In this document: positions 12,295 through 26,000 of the stretch, piece by piece | How the letters are laid out: each line of letters opens with the position of its first letter | Numbering within the stretch: the first letter of the stretch is position 1 | Assembly: GCA_964016885.1 (NCBI GenBank) | Contig: OZ024747.1 | Location: 30,876,001-30,940,000, forward strand | Source of the DNA: Eledone cirrhosa | Taxonomy: Eukaryota | DNA: 64,000 nt | Direction: 5' to 3' | Notes under the pieces: generated by a model | What the model was told of the DNA's origin: nothing | Seen by the model: only the letters and a program-made list of their open reading frames with translations | Databases searched by the model: none | Made by a program: the position numbers and the translations under genes

Positions 12295-13335
12295 CTGAAA
12301 TACATTAAAAAAAAGAAGAAAAATTAAGAATTGATATATGAAATTTAAATTGATAAACATGTAGTTAGTAAAAGCAACCATATTTCTTATGCATATGATT
12401 GTGTAAAGTTTTATTTGCATTATTCAATTACAATATGTGTTAGTGTATGTTTGCAAACAGACATATATGAGTATAGAAGGAAAATGAAATAAATGGGTGG
12501 TGTATCACTTGAATTTCAATGTTGATGATCATATAAAATAAAAAGTTTGGATATTTAATTTAGAAAAAAAATTTTTTATTAGAATAAATAATAGCAATAA
12601 TGATTGGATACAAAATGTGATATGAAACATAAATATGGTAAAAAGAGTAAGTTAAACATTAAGACACAAACGTTTGCAAATGTTTCCGTGCTGGGTATAC
12701 ATGGGTCTGTGTGTGAGTGTGTGTACTTTGATTATAAATATATATATATATACATATACATCCGGATGTAGTTGATGGCTGAGAGTAAAGAGTACTCAAT
12801 ACCAAAGTAGAGTTTTAATATTCATTTTATTAAGGCTAAATAGTAAGTCTTCTTACTCTGGAGATTCACTTGTTTATCACAGGTCTATGTTGGTTGCTTT
12901 GATTTACACTCATATATATAAAAACTACATCCATCATTTTACAATCGACTATGTCTTGGTAGTATGAGCCACACTTTTGTTAAAGGCATTTAGATGCCCA
13001 TGCAGTTGCAAACAGACACATATGCTGTCATGACCCACATTCCCTTGATCCAGAAGAACATACAGAATGTGATAACTGGAAGGATAGAGAGAGGGCTGCA
13101 CCAACAATGGGCTGATACTTTATCGACCCTGAAAGTGGGTCTTGGCAGGATTTGACCTCAGAATGCAAAAACAAGGAACACTTCACCATTATCATTTTAC
13201 ATCTATTTTTCATGTTTGCATGGATTAGAAAGGTTGTCCAGCTTTGAAGCCAGACAGGCAAGTCAGATAATTGTCTTACTCATACATTCCCTTTTAACAT
13301 ATATATATGTATGAACATATATATATATATATATA

Positions 13336-14226
13336 CTAGCAGAGGTACCCAGCGTTGCTTGCGTATTAAATAGCAGTTGTGTATACCATTTATGTCAATA
13401 CTTCAGGGCTGCTTCGAAAACTATACTTTTACAAAATCATCGGCTTTTTCCAAAAGGGGGTTCCTGCCCGCACGGGTCCCCTACTCAATATGTGCCAATT
13501 CTGAGAGTTCACATTCATCTGTAGGACAAATGTTGCGAACTCCAGAAGTTATGACGTTTTGTTGCATTGCACTGCAGTGCTTCAGTCGACTCCAAGAAAG
13601 TGGTTAAAGGGGGTTATCTGCCGGGAGGCCCTATAATCAATATCTGGAAAAATGAAAGTGCCCATGACCATCCAGAGTACATAAGTAACCTATGTCTTAA
13701 GTTTGGTGAAAATACTGTAGAAATGCATAAGCTTTATACATGCGTGTGTGCGTGTGTGTTTTTGGGTGTGTATGTATTTGTGTGTGCGTATGTATGTGTA
13801 TGTCCATCAGGGCATACGTATGTACTGGCCTAAATCTTCACTATTTACTTTTACTATTTTAATAACCTCTGTCATTTTCGTTTTCAATTTTATTTACATC
13901 ATTCTTAAACTCCGGGGCTGGAAATAATTCTGTTATTTTAAATGGAATATTAGTCTAACGACTCCATTTATACCATAAACTTGGTCTTGCCTTTGCATGA
14001 AATTGTTCTTCTCGGTCCACATAACGACGTACTATCCTCGCTTTTTTTTCGTTCATTACCAGGGAACGTCTTCACGAACCAAAATATCGTCTTCCTGTTT
14101 TCCTTCGGTTTCAACGTTTCTCAAAATATTTACTTCTGCGTTCACAGATTAAATTTTTTAGTTTCAGAAGATCCCATTAATGTTGAAAGAAGCGATTCTT
14201 TTCTTAAACTTTAATCTGTTCTTATA

Positions 14227-14230
<4 letters not shown>
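13336..14230 (-). mobile_element. Non-autonomous Helitron-like element
   Basis: Minus strand ends gcaacgctgggtacctctgCTAG|t; 13850-14220 is similar to 59990-60510. Confidence 0.5.
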
Positions 14231-14257
<27 letters not shown>

Positions 14258-14713
14258 AAGAGAGATGCCTTGTACGGCTTTTGGAGGAAGGAGTGATCAG
14301 CAGTACGTTGTTCAGTATTATTACGAAGGTGTAGCAGAGAATCCCGCGTGAACTAACAACTCGGGAGGAAACTGCTTACCTCGAAGATTCATTTGCCATC
14401 GTTCTTGTCAATGCTCCGTTTACTTGGTATTTGTTGGTCTACAGTTAGATGAATGGCACACAAATGGTTAATGTTTATTGGCAAGAAGTTTTTTGAATAA
14501 TAAAAGACGGGTTAAAGCGACCTACAATGTATCTGTGTGTATATATATATACAGAGTTATTAACTCATATTGATACCCTGCAATTAAACAAGCTCGAAAT
14601 TTACTGTGTTTATTTATACATATATTACTATATATATATATATATATATAAGAAAGTGATTATCGCTAAATGCTGATGTTGGTTAGATTATCAATATTAG
14701 TATTATTGGGGCA

Positions 14714-14840
14714 CCCACTGATGAATTATAGGAGCCCACTTGAATATATATCTATTGATGGTATACAAGCTCCTACATAAATTGGTATAATTTCACCCAA
14801 ATTTTAGGAGTCCTATAATGAAACGAGACGTCCGTCTGGG
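14714..14840 (+). ncRNA. Type I hammerhead ribozyme with branched stem II
   Basis: ccca-CTGATGA-attatagga...tcctataat-GAAA-CG(agacgtc)CG-TC-tggg; GUC triplet, predicted cut after 14836. Confidence 0.85.
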
Positions 14841-15416
14841 AAGAGATATATTAGATATGTCTCATTTGAAATAATACAGCCAATTTTCCACGCAATACTT
14901 TTAGTTAGCACCCCGAACAGATAATTGTGAATATAATCACTTATTTCCTAATGTTTGTTGAGTGAGTTGGAATTTGGCTGGAGTATCGCTAAAAAGCTTT
15001 CTCCGATATTGTATTTATTTACTTACTCTTGGCGCAGCAGATTTGAAAAAAATTCCCGGTATAAGGTTAGCATTTCTTTGTTTATTTTTTATATATGAAT
15101 ATTGATTGTTCCTTATATCTCATTCTGTTATTTTGCCTGAGAAAATATCTGTGTCATCAAATGTTGTACACACATAGATATTTTTTCAATTTCCAATTGA
15201 GTTCTTAGCACGTGGCCTGAATTCCTTTCAGAGTTCATTGTCACGCGCATGTATTGTTTTTTTTGGCGGTAATTCACTTCCTCATTTTTTGAATCAGTTC
15301 GAGCACTTCTTTCAGAACTGCTGGACTGGCTACCTGACAGATACCCCAGGCACAGAAAGTGATTATCGCTAAATGCTGATGTTGGTTAGATTATCAATAT
15401 TAGTATTATTGGGGCA

Positions 15417-15543
15417 CCCACTGATAAATTATAGGAGCCCATTTGAATATATATCTATTGATGGTATACAAGCTCCTACATAAATTGGTATAATTTCACC
15501 CAAATTTTAGGAGTCCTATAATGAAACGAGACGTCCGTCTGGG
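15417..15543 (+). ncRNA. Hammerhead copy with core mutation (CTGATAA)
   Basis: Same fold as 14714-14840 but G8 changed to A. Confidence 0.7.
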
Positions 15544-15718
15544 AAGAGATATATTAGATATGTCTCATTTGAAATAATACAGCCAATTTTCCACGCAATA
15601 CTTTTAGTTAGCACCCCGAACACATAATTGGGAATATAATCACTTATTTCCTAATGTTTGTTGAGTGAGTTGGAATTTGGCCGGAGTATCGCTAAAAAGC
15701 TTTCTCCAATATTGTATT

Positions 15719-15749
<31 letters not shown>

Positions 15750-15810
15750 ATGTATGCATATATATATATATATGTGTGTGTATGTCTGTATATATATATA
15801 TATATATATA

Positions 15811-16856
15811 TCATCATCAACATCAACGTTTAACGTCCGTGTTCCACGCTTGCATGGGTTTGGACTGGGGTAGTCCCACTTGAGGCACGAGTGATTGTCT
15901 TGCTCGCATAGGACTGTCTGGCAGGTTTTCTACAGTTGGATGCCCTTCCTAACACCAACCACATTTACAGTGTGGGTCTGGGAGGTTTTTACCGTGTTGC
16001 CTACACGGCCACATTACAGCGTGGACTGTGTGTTTTTTTTTGTCGTGACACCTACACGATCTCATTTGTTTCGGCCTGGATGGCGCGGCACCAACATAAC
16101 TTTACATAGAACGGGGTGGTGTGGATGGGGTGGGGGTGGTGGTGGTGGGACGGGGTGTATTTTGTTAGAGATGCCTACTGGCTGTAGTAGGTTTTACTAT
16201 GTATTTAGGTAAGGCGGGTCTTCTCTGTTACTGAGTACCGCCAAAGGTCTCGGTCCAGTGACATTGTCTTGGAGAGGTGTAAGTGTGTGAGGTCGGAGTT
16301 TATCAGCTCGTCCCAGGTTTTTCTAGGTCTGCCTATTCTGTGGCTACCGTCTATCTTTATTGCCCTGCACTTTGTTATACAGCTATCGACTTTCATGCGC
16401 ATCACGTGTCCATACCAACGTAGCCTTCTCTCGAGTAAACAACATCTGATCCCTCTTGTTTCTAATTTTTTCCTTAGTTCGTTTATGCTTTGCCGTTCAC
16501 GTATATTACTGTTACACATCCAGCGGAGCATGCAAGCTTCGTTCCTCTCTAGTCTGTGTATATCCTCCGCACACAATGCCCAGGTCTACTGCCATGCAAC
16601 ATTGCTGTTCGTATGCAGGCATCGTACAACCTGCCTTTCATTTTTAGGGAGAACCCTTTAGCAGCTAATAGTGGTATAAGCTCTCTGAACTTTTTCCAAC
16701 CAGTTCTGACTCTAGCTACTGTACTTTCAGAGCACCCTCCCCCACTGCTGATTTTATCGCCCAGGTAACGGAAACTGTCCACTATTTCTATAGAACCCTC
16801 TGCGCAATTGAAAGAGCTAGTATTTTGTGGGCACTTGCTGCTACTTATTGCACCGT
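15811..16856 (-). mobile_element. RTE-type LINE 3' fragment (RT thumb, 3' UTR, (atg)n tail)
   Basis: [26 protein letters not shown]; close match to 48835-49872. Confidence 0.9.
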
Positions 16857-17300
16857 GTGTGTGTGTATATATATACATATATTTTTATGCGTATATTTAT
16901 ATATGTGTATATGTGTATATCTATATATGTGTATATGTGTTTGTATATATATATATATATATATGTATGTATATGTGTATATATGTGTGTGTCTATGTAT
17001 ATATGTGTATATATATATATATATGTATATATAAGTATATATGTATATATATATGTGCGTGTGCGTGTGTCTGTGTGTGAATGTAGCGAAGATAATATGT
17101 CTGAATGACATGATGCAGACAGCCAGGCATACAGACAGATATTATAAGAGCACGACAGAGATGGATAACTGGCGCCTAACACCCTTTAACAACAGAAAAT
17201 TGAAAAAAAGAAAGCAGCAGTTAATATCTTTAGACCGCAAGGAATATATAAATGCAAGTTTGAAGTCAATCGGAGTAGAAATGTGGATTTGTATAGACTT

Positions 17301-17376
17301 TGAGGACACACAGACAACATCAGTTTTATATATATATATATATATATATAAAACTGATGTTGTCTGTGTGTCTTCA
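17301..17376. repeat. Palindrome with (TA)n centre
   Basis: tgaggacacacagacaacatcagtttta(ta)n taaaactgatgttgtctgtgtgtcttca. Confidence 0.85.
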
Positions 17377-17393
17377 TATATATGTATATATTT

Positions 17394-17933
17394 AGGAGAA
17401 GTACCTAGCTAAAAGTAAACCCCTCTAATTAGCTTTTGTTGACTTGGAGAAAGCCTTTGACAGAGTCCCCCACTCCATTATCTGGTGGGCCCTTATAAAA
17501 CTAGGTGTAGATGAATAGCTTGTGAGAGCTATACAAGCCATGGATAGAGGAACATTCAGCAAGGTTAGAATTAACAATGAATGTAGTGAAGAATTTAGCT
17601 AATAGTAGGTGTTCACCAGGGCTCCGTCCTTAGCCCCCTCCTATTTATTATTGCCCTTCAGGCTATAACAGAGGAGTTTAAGACTGGCTGCCCATGGGAA
17701 CTTCTATATGCAGATGATCTAACTCTCATAGCTGAATCCATAGCTGAGCTAGTGAAAAAATTCCAAACATGGAAGCATGGCCTAGAATCAAAAGGCCTTA
17801 AAGTTAACTTGTCTAAGACTAAAGTTCTAGTATGTAGAAAGGAAAATAGGGCACAGGTTCCCTCTGGGACGTGGCCATGCTCAGTATGTAGGAAAAGAAT
17901 GGTTAGAAATTCAATTCTATACCCCAAATGAAA
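17394..17933 (+). mobile_element. RTE-type LINE RT fragment
   Basis: [21 protein letters not shown]; matches about 48215-48755. Confidence 0.88.
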
Positions 17934-18498
17934 ACTTACTATCTACTCTTCCCCCTCTTTCTTCCTCTCCCTTTTTCCCTCACACATTCACACACTCTCC
18001 CTCTGCCAGCCACCTCATTGTTTCCCTTGCCTGACCCTCTAGCAGTCCTTTTCTCACTTACACTTGCTGGGGTCAGATGCGTCTTTTCGCTCACCCACAT
18101 GCTCTCGAACATAAGTTGTCTTACCGCTGTGGTCTTGGATATCCTTACCTTAAGTTACTCGGACATTGCTCGGTTTGTTGTTTTTTTGCTGTTTTCTCTT
18201 TTTTTCCCTTTTCCCTTCTATTTTTCTTCCCTCCCTCCTCCATTTTCCCAATAACTTACCAATAACTTACCCAGTTATTGAACGCTCTGGGGGTAGATAT
18301 TTTTTGTCTTTAAAGCGTTGAAATATCCGAGACCCCCAGTAGACAACTGATGAGGAAAACTCCCCACCCCCACCCCCGTTCTTGCTGTCTTCTTATTCTC
18401 ATTCCATTTTAAGCTATATATATATATATATATATATAAAATATTAAACAAATAATGAATAAAACAATGAAACAGTTCCTTATATTAAACAAAAAAAG

Positions 18499-18652
18499 TT
18501 CATTATTTAACGATCGTTTCTAGGATATATATGTGTTAGAATTGGCATGCATATTCAACAGATCTATGTACAAAATTATACAAAATTATACAAACTATCA
18601 AGATTAAATATACATACCAACACATATATACGCCGTCTTCAGAAATAATGAA
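18499..18652 (-). ncRNA. Type I hammerhead motif, degenerate stem II base
   Basis: Minus: ttcattattt-CTGAAGA-..tatatatgtgtt...aacacatatata..-GAAA-CGATCG-TT-aaataatgaa. Confidence 0.65.
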
Positions 18653-19242
18653 ATATATTTATTGATAATAACAACAATTCAAAATTTCAGGTCCGTTTGG
18701 GAACAAAATTGACCAATGAAAATACAAAAGGTTTTATGCAGTTCGGTGTGTGTATATACATGTAACTACCCTTACACATATTTTACAAAAATGTATGCTC
18801 AACATGTATACGCATACCAAAAGGATGGATGCAAATACAAAATTTCAAGGTTAATGTCTCTGTAAGTTTATAATGCACAGATAAGATGCGTATAGACACA
18901 TAAATATGAAATAAGTGTATACACATATTCTCATACTCACACATATCCGTACAATCACACACACGCGCGCGTATATGCATAAACATACACATAATTACGA
19001 ACATACAAACACACACACACCCCCACTCACATAAACACTGCCACACACATTTAGATCAAGATACAGAAATTAGGTGGGAGGGGGGGAGAGGTCAGTATTC
19101 AACGGTTTGGGCAGACTGCTTATTATAGATGTATCTATAAACTAAGAAAATAAAAAATAAAAATTAAAAAGGAAAGAAAAGAAAAAGAAAAAAGAAAAAA
19201 GAAATATATCAAGAAAATATATATATATATATATACATATAT

Positions 19243-19286
<44 letters not shown>

Positions 19287-19383
19287 ATATACATACATAT
19301 ACACACATCCACACTTAGAACATACATACACACACATATATAAACATATACATATACACACATACACACATATACACACATAC

Positions 19384-19452
<69 letters not shown>

Positions 19453-19726
19453 TACACATATAATCACACATACTATATAGACACACATATATATACACAC
19501 ATACACGCACATATACATACACATACATACTTATATACATACAGAAATACACATACATACCTATATATACACACAAATACATACAGACATACATACATAC
19601 ATACACACAAATACTTACGCATCCATATATCGGTATATACATACAAACACCGTAAACTCTTGGTAGATTTATCTACATATATATATATATATATATATAT
19701 AAACATAAATAAATAAGTATATATAT

Positions 19727-20400
19727 ATATTGTTATGCTTTGGGAGGGTCATGTTGCCAATAAGAAACACACGCACCAGTTGCTTTCACTTCAATTTTTT
19801 GTTATAAGAATCTACACACAGAAAAGACGCAATGTTTAGACAAATCACAGAAGCAATAAACATAAATGAACTCCAACCAAAATTAAATAGTAAACATGAA
19901 TGGAATAGCAACATCACAACTTACAATTAAGGACAAAATGAAAAAACACACACACACATAGAACAAACAACCAGCCAGTAACATGTAAATAAACATATAA
20001 ATAAACAAACATAAACACACACAGACACCTGTAATACATGATGTAACACATGCACAAACTAATCACACAACACACACAAAAACAAGATGGCGTAGGACAG
20101 AACAAAGGAGAGGCACAAAAACAAAGAAAAGAATCCCCAGTCACTGAAGAGGTCACAGAATGCGTGACGAAAGAACTTTGACACTATATGAACAATTGTC
20201 TGGTTGTAGGACCAACCAATCAACCGGAAATTTATAAATTCCTAAATTTATGAATTTAATTTATAATAAATTGAAGTAAAACCAACTGGTGCGTGTGTTT
20301 CTTATTGGCAACATGACCCTCCCAAAGTATAACAATATCGGTTTCAACACACGTTTTCAGATAAAGAATCTTGCTAAACAAATTCAGAAACGAAGTATAT
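19727..20400 (+). mobile_element. Penelope-like remnant with ~70-bp inverted repeat and degenerate hammerhead (20140-20182)
   Basis: 19727-19797 is the reverse complement of 20268-20338; gtca-CTGAAGA-ggtcac(agaatgc)gtgac-GAAA-gaac-tt-tgac; related tail at 54060-54190. Confidence 0.6.
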
Positions 20401-21450
20401 ATACATATATATATATAATGTATATTTCAGTGGTTGCCTGTACTTACTATGGTAATTATTTACAGATAGTAAAAGTTAATAACCATCTATAAAACCAGTG
20501 TCAGTGTTGGGATATGAAACATTATCTACTTGCCCAAGAGGTTGATACTTTTATAGTATTGATTCAGTTGTGTATCTATTTCTCTCTCTCTCTCTCTATT
20601 TCTACTCATATAATACATAACTATATATGAAAAGCATTAATAATCAAATCTGACCTAAGTTTAAAATGCCAGACAACTTTTCCTGAAATGTCTTCACATT
20701 TAAATATTCTGAACATATCCAAATACCTCTAGACACACTTTTATGTTATTTCATAATAACCAGAAAAACTCATAAAGTTTCTCTACTGGTTAGTTGTAGA
20801 AAAATATCGACAATATTAACAAGCGATCAACTTAAGCTTCTTTCCTTTTTGTCAAGAAGAATATAATAAATACCAGTAATAGAGTGAGATATATTCAAAG
20901 TACTTTACCTCCATTCTCCATTCAAGGAAAAACATTGCCCCCTTCTCCAATAAGGAAACCATGAATGAACATATCTATGAATTTATATTGTTATACAAAT
21001 CATTATATTTATAGTAAGTTACAAAGGTTAGAAATTTTGTTATATGTTAGGATTAAATCTCTTGTAATAAATCTCTCTTTTAAGAGCGATATTTTGGGGC
21101 CAAAGTAAACTATATTTTCATGATTTAAAGCATGATGTCTTTTGTTGTTTGCCCTTTCACTTCTGGAAATGTTTTAATTCAGAACATATCAAATGCAGTC
21201 TAAATAGAATGGTTAAAATGCTTCTGACAAGTAGTCAGGATCAAATAAATGTTTACACTACACTGGTCTATATGAAGGCTGTTTAAGAGAATATTTCTTT
21301 TGCCTTACTGAGTACTTTACAATTTCATTTCTCTCACATACACTAATTTTTCTTTACATCTATTACCATACCATTTTATTTAGTATATATATATATATAT
21401 GTGTGTGTGTGCATGTGTGTGTGTGTTAATAGGGAAAGCTGATGTTAAAA

Positions 21451-21486
<36 letters not shown>

Positions 21487-21977
21487 TTCTACAATTTTAC
21501 TGGTTATTTAGCCTCAATAAAAAGTATTTTCATAGTCACTGTTTCATCTTTTTAATCTACTTCTTTAAACACTTTTATCTATCAGAGTATACTATTAGAG
21601 CAATTATGACTGATATGTTTCAGTTTTATTCTTTCTATTTCAGGCTCAGATATTTCATTGTTAGGTAACATTAAACACATTGAAAGTAATGCTTTTATCA
21701 AGAAAATCTGATAGCTTTAGTTAAATAACTCTTTGTGTGTTTTCCAACACTAGAAATACTTTATCAAATCCTTGATATGTATATCAAAAGAAAATATTTT
21801 ATTATTCTGCCATAAATTTTATATGAATTTTCATTTTCAGAAGTATACACAAAAAATTATTTAGCTGGTTATAATAAATGTTAATTGTGATTTTGAGTAA
21901 AATATACAAAACTGTGTTTTGAGCCTATTTTTGAATAGGCACGAAATCAGAAACTAGAAATCTCTAAATAGGTAGCC

Positions 21978-22163
21978 CAGGCATGTCAAGCTGAGGGTCC
22001 CCCGAGGGCCATATGGGTCCCATATGTGTTGTCTGAGGGCCACACATGACAACTAATTATGCACATTACAACTATTTAAAAAAAATTTTATTACGAAGAT
22101 AAAACATGCTCACACTGTAAAAACCTTTGTGTGGGCCGCAGGTATGCATGTTTGACATGCCTG
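21978..22163. mobile_element. hAT (Charlie-like) MITE
   Basis: TIR caggcatgtcaa / ttgacatgcctg; 8-bp TSD aggtagcc / atgtagcc. Confidence 0.8.
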
Positions 22164-22269
22164 ATGTAGCCAATATCTTACAGTGGTTTTACATGTTGGA
22201 ACAAATTCTCATGAGTAGAAATATTTTGCAAACATGCAAACAGTGATGTATTAGTGTAAATACATTCCA

Positions 22270-22762
22270 ACTTGTAAAGTGACATGACAAAAAACACCCA
22301 GTCCCACCCTGTAAAATATTTGTGTTGGTGACTCTAAAGTGGTCATGTTGGTGGCATGCCCCAAATCAGTCATATGGTTATGTTGGTGTCATGACAAAAA
22401 CACCCAGTTCACATTGTAAAATGTTGGTGTCATGACAAAACTGCTCAGTCCACCCTGTAATGAGGTTCTTTTGGTACCATGATAAAAGTGCCCAGTCCAC
22501 TCTGTAAAGTGGTCATGTTGGTGACATGACAAAAAGCACCCAGACCACCCTGTCAGTTGGTCATTTTGGTGCCATGATGAAAAGCACCCAGTCCATGCTG
22601 TGAAAGTAGTAGCCATTAGGAAGGGTATTCTGTCCTAAAAACCATGCCAGGAACAATTCTGTATCAGCAAGACATGGTCATCTGACCTGACTTGTCATAC
22701 AACAGGACAATTCGTCCAACCCATGCTAGCATGGAAAAATGGGTGTTAAACGATGATGATGA
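22270..22762 (+). mobile_element. SINE/LINE 3' tail with degenerate ~45-bp tandem units
   Basis: Repeated atgacaaaaa.cacccagtccac..tgtaaa; ends aacccatgctagcatggaaaaatgggtgttaaacgatgatgat. Confidence 0.65.
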
Positions 22763-23180
22763 CATTTGTTTTTATAAGTGAATTTAAGAATTACCAGTTA
22801 TTGTAAATACTGTTATGGTGATACTATAAGTTAAACAATATCATGTCAGAAATTTAAATGATAACAAAATACCCTGTATGTGAAATCCTCCAAATAAGTG
22901 AAATTTTAAGTTACCCAAATCATCATCATCACTACTGTTTACAATATATCTTCCATACCTGCTTGGGTTAGATAAGTTTTCACACACCGAGGCTCGATTG
23001 GCCAGGTGACTATGTCTTGCTCATATATACTGTTTTGGGCTTGGTTTCGATGGCTGGATGCCCTTTTTAGCACCAACCGCATTACAGCATTGAGAGCATT
23101 ACATCATGACTCTACCACTACTACTTTACAGGGTGGACTGTATGTGTATGTACTTGTGTATATATAGATATACATATATA

Positions 23181-25625
23181 TCATCATCATCATCAGTGTT
23201 TTACGTCGATATCTCCACGCTAGCATGGGTTAGATAGGTTGTCCTGTTGTTGGCAATGCCAGGTCAGGTGTCCATGCCTTGCTCATAAAGGATTGATTTT
23301 GGCTCAGTTTCTACAGCTGGATACTCTTCCTAACACCAACCTCATTTACAGTGAGTACTGGGTGCTTTTTTACTGTGGCGCCTACATGACCACTTTACAG
23401 TGTGGACTGGGTGCTTTTTGCATGACACCTTCACAACTACTTTACAGCAAGAGGGGCGTGGGGGCATATTGTATATATGCTTCAGGTTGTACCCATAGGA
23501 ACTCGGGTCTTCTGTATTACTGCATAATGCCAGAGGTCTCAGTCCTGTGCCATCACTTTGAGAGATGCAATTGAGGAAGATCAGTTTTTATCATCTCATC
23601 CCAGGTCTTCTTGGGTCTCCCCACTCCAAGGCTTTCATCGACTTTTAGTGCTCTGCACCTTTTTATGCAACTGTCATCCTTCATACGCATCTATGTCCAT
23701 ACCAACGCAACCTCCTCTCCTGCACACATCATTTGATTCCTCTTATGCTCAGTCTCTCTCTCAATTTGTTTATGCTTTGCCGTTCACGTATTACACATCC
23801 ATTGGATCATGCAAGATTCATTTCCCTCTAATATATGCAAGTGTTCTGCATACAATGCCCAGGTCCCACAACCATGTAACATTGCTGTTTGTACACACGC
23901 AGCATGCAGTCTGCCTTTCAATTTGAAGGAAAAGCCTTTTTGTAGCTAGCAGTGGTAGTAACTCCCTGAACTTCTTCCATCCCATTCTTACCCTGGTTAC
24001 TCTACTTTCAGAACACCTACCTCCACTGCTAATTCAGTCTCCTAGGTAGCAGAAGCTGTCTACTGTTTCTACAGAGCCCTCCCAGAATTTGGTGGTTTTT
24101 GTTTCCTGTGGCTGTTTGCTGCTTACTGTCCTGGTACAACTGCTACATGTAAAGCCTACATACTTAGCTAGACTTCCTGAGATCCGACTACAACCATTGT
24201 GCACCCATAGTTTGCATTTGGGGCAGAAGATAGAATTTCTACCTACACCATTCCTACATACTGAGCAGTGCCATTTTCCTGAGGGGGTCTGGGTTCTGTT
24301 TCCCCACCTACTGAGGACCTTATTCTTTGTCAGGTTGACTCTGAGGCCCTTTTTTTATAGTCCCTGTTTCCATGTTTGGAATTTTTACTCTAGTTCCATC
24401 CGCGTGCAGAAATTCCCATGAGCATCTGGTCTTAAATTCCTCTGTTATAGCCTGCAGTGCTATAATAAAAGGGAGAGGGCTAAGAACGGAGCCCTGGTGG
24501 ACACCGACCTGTGTGCTGAATTTCTCGCTGCAGTCATTGTTAACCCTAACTTTGCTGACTGCTACCCTATACCTGACTTGTACAGCCTTTACAAGCCATT
24601 CATCTACACCTAGTTTTCTAAGAGCCCACTGGATTATAGCACGGGGCACTCTGTCGAAGGTTTTTTCTAGATCGACAAATGCCAGGTAGAGTGGCTTACT
24701 TTTAGCTAGGTACTTTTCCTGTAACTGCCTCACAAGGAAGAAAACATCAGTGATGCTTTTGCCAGGCACAAACCTAAACTGCATCTCATCTAGATTGACC
24801 CGGTCCCTAATCAGCTGTGCTATAACTCTTTCCGTTACTTTCATGACCTGGTCCATCAGCTTTATACCTCTATAGTTTCCTCTATCTAGTGCATCACCTT
24901 TACCTTTGTAGCAGTTGACAATGATGCTGCTGCACCAATTCTTTGATATGATGCCCTCTAGTAATACTTGATTAACAATACGTGTGGTTATGGTGTGACC
25001 TACCGACCCAGATGCTCTCAGCATCTCGGCAGTTATACCTGATGGACCGGTTGCCTTCTCCGTCTTCATATCTTTATTGCCTTACTACGCTGCTACTGAC
25101 TTGTACTGCTGGCCCCTCTATAGGATCCACTTGAGCTAGGGTCTCTTTCTCCCATGCATTCTACTCATTTAGTAATCTTTCACAATGGCTCTTCCATGCA
25201 TCTTTCTTCTCAGCACTTGTGAGGGCAAGCTCTCCTTTATCATTCCGGATACACTTCTCTCCAATGACATCACAATTCTCTCTGACACACTGCCTCACAA
25301 TCCTGAATACCTCCTGTTTCTGCTCCTTACATTGCAAAACATGCTTGAATTTTCAATCCTCCACTTCCCTTCTAGCTTGGTCTCTATGTAATGTATCCTG
25401 CTTCCCCCATTCTTCCATTGTTTCCATTCCTGTCTCTTAGCCTTAATTGCCTCATTTACCTAATTGTTCCACCACCAAGTCACTCTCCTCCTTCCTGTGG
25501 TCTTGCTCCAACCACAAATCTCGTCTTTTTCTTTTAGTAAGTTATTTTTTAGGAACTCCCAGTGCTCTTCTATATTGAATGTTTCTATCTGTTCTTCTTT
25601 ACTGTCATAGGTGTCAAATAAGATA
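23181..25625 (-). mobile_element. RTE-type LINE, 5'-truncated and degenerate
   Basis: ORF 24320-25069 with [30 protein letters not shown]; 3' tail at about 23181. Confidence 0.9.
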
Positions 25626-25689
25626 TCTTTAAATATGTTACTGGCTGAGGGGTCTTTGCCATCACTGGTGGGAGAGGGTGAATTTTAGT

Positions 25690-26000
25690 GAGGGAGTGTG
25701 TATTCATTTGGGGTTGTTCCATCATCCTCAGCTCATCCATAGATAATGATAAACAGAAATTTCTTTGGGGCATGGATAGAAAAGGGTGTAGTAGTAATGG
25801 GAGAATTTGTTGGTGCAAGAAATGGGTGAGGATATGTTGCTGTGGTTTGATTGGTCAAAAAGCCTATGGTGGCATGTAGTTGAATGGTAAGATAGGTAAT
25901 CATCATTGCATATATTGTCGTTGAAGATTCGGGGGAAAATAAGCAGATACAAGTTGGCACATTCGACAAGGCAAGTGAGCGGGAGCTTCAAAGATGGTCA
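25690..26000 (-). mobile_element. Possible highly degenerate GIY-YIG (Penelope-like) fragment
   Basis: Weak resemblance (C..ECANLY, spaced His residues) to the 10578 endonuclease. Confidence 0.3.

Larger units (their letters stand above)
14651..15720 (+). mobile_element. Retrozyme-like element: ~367-bp direct repeats with 703-bp period, each with a hammerhead
   Basis: 14651-15017 repeated at 15354-15720; non-coding spacer; (TA)n on both sides. Confidence 0.8.

Noticed and set aside
18340-18365. ctgatgagg motif after a long stem-loop
   Set aside because: No downstream GAAA/stem III/UH arrangement
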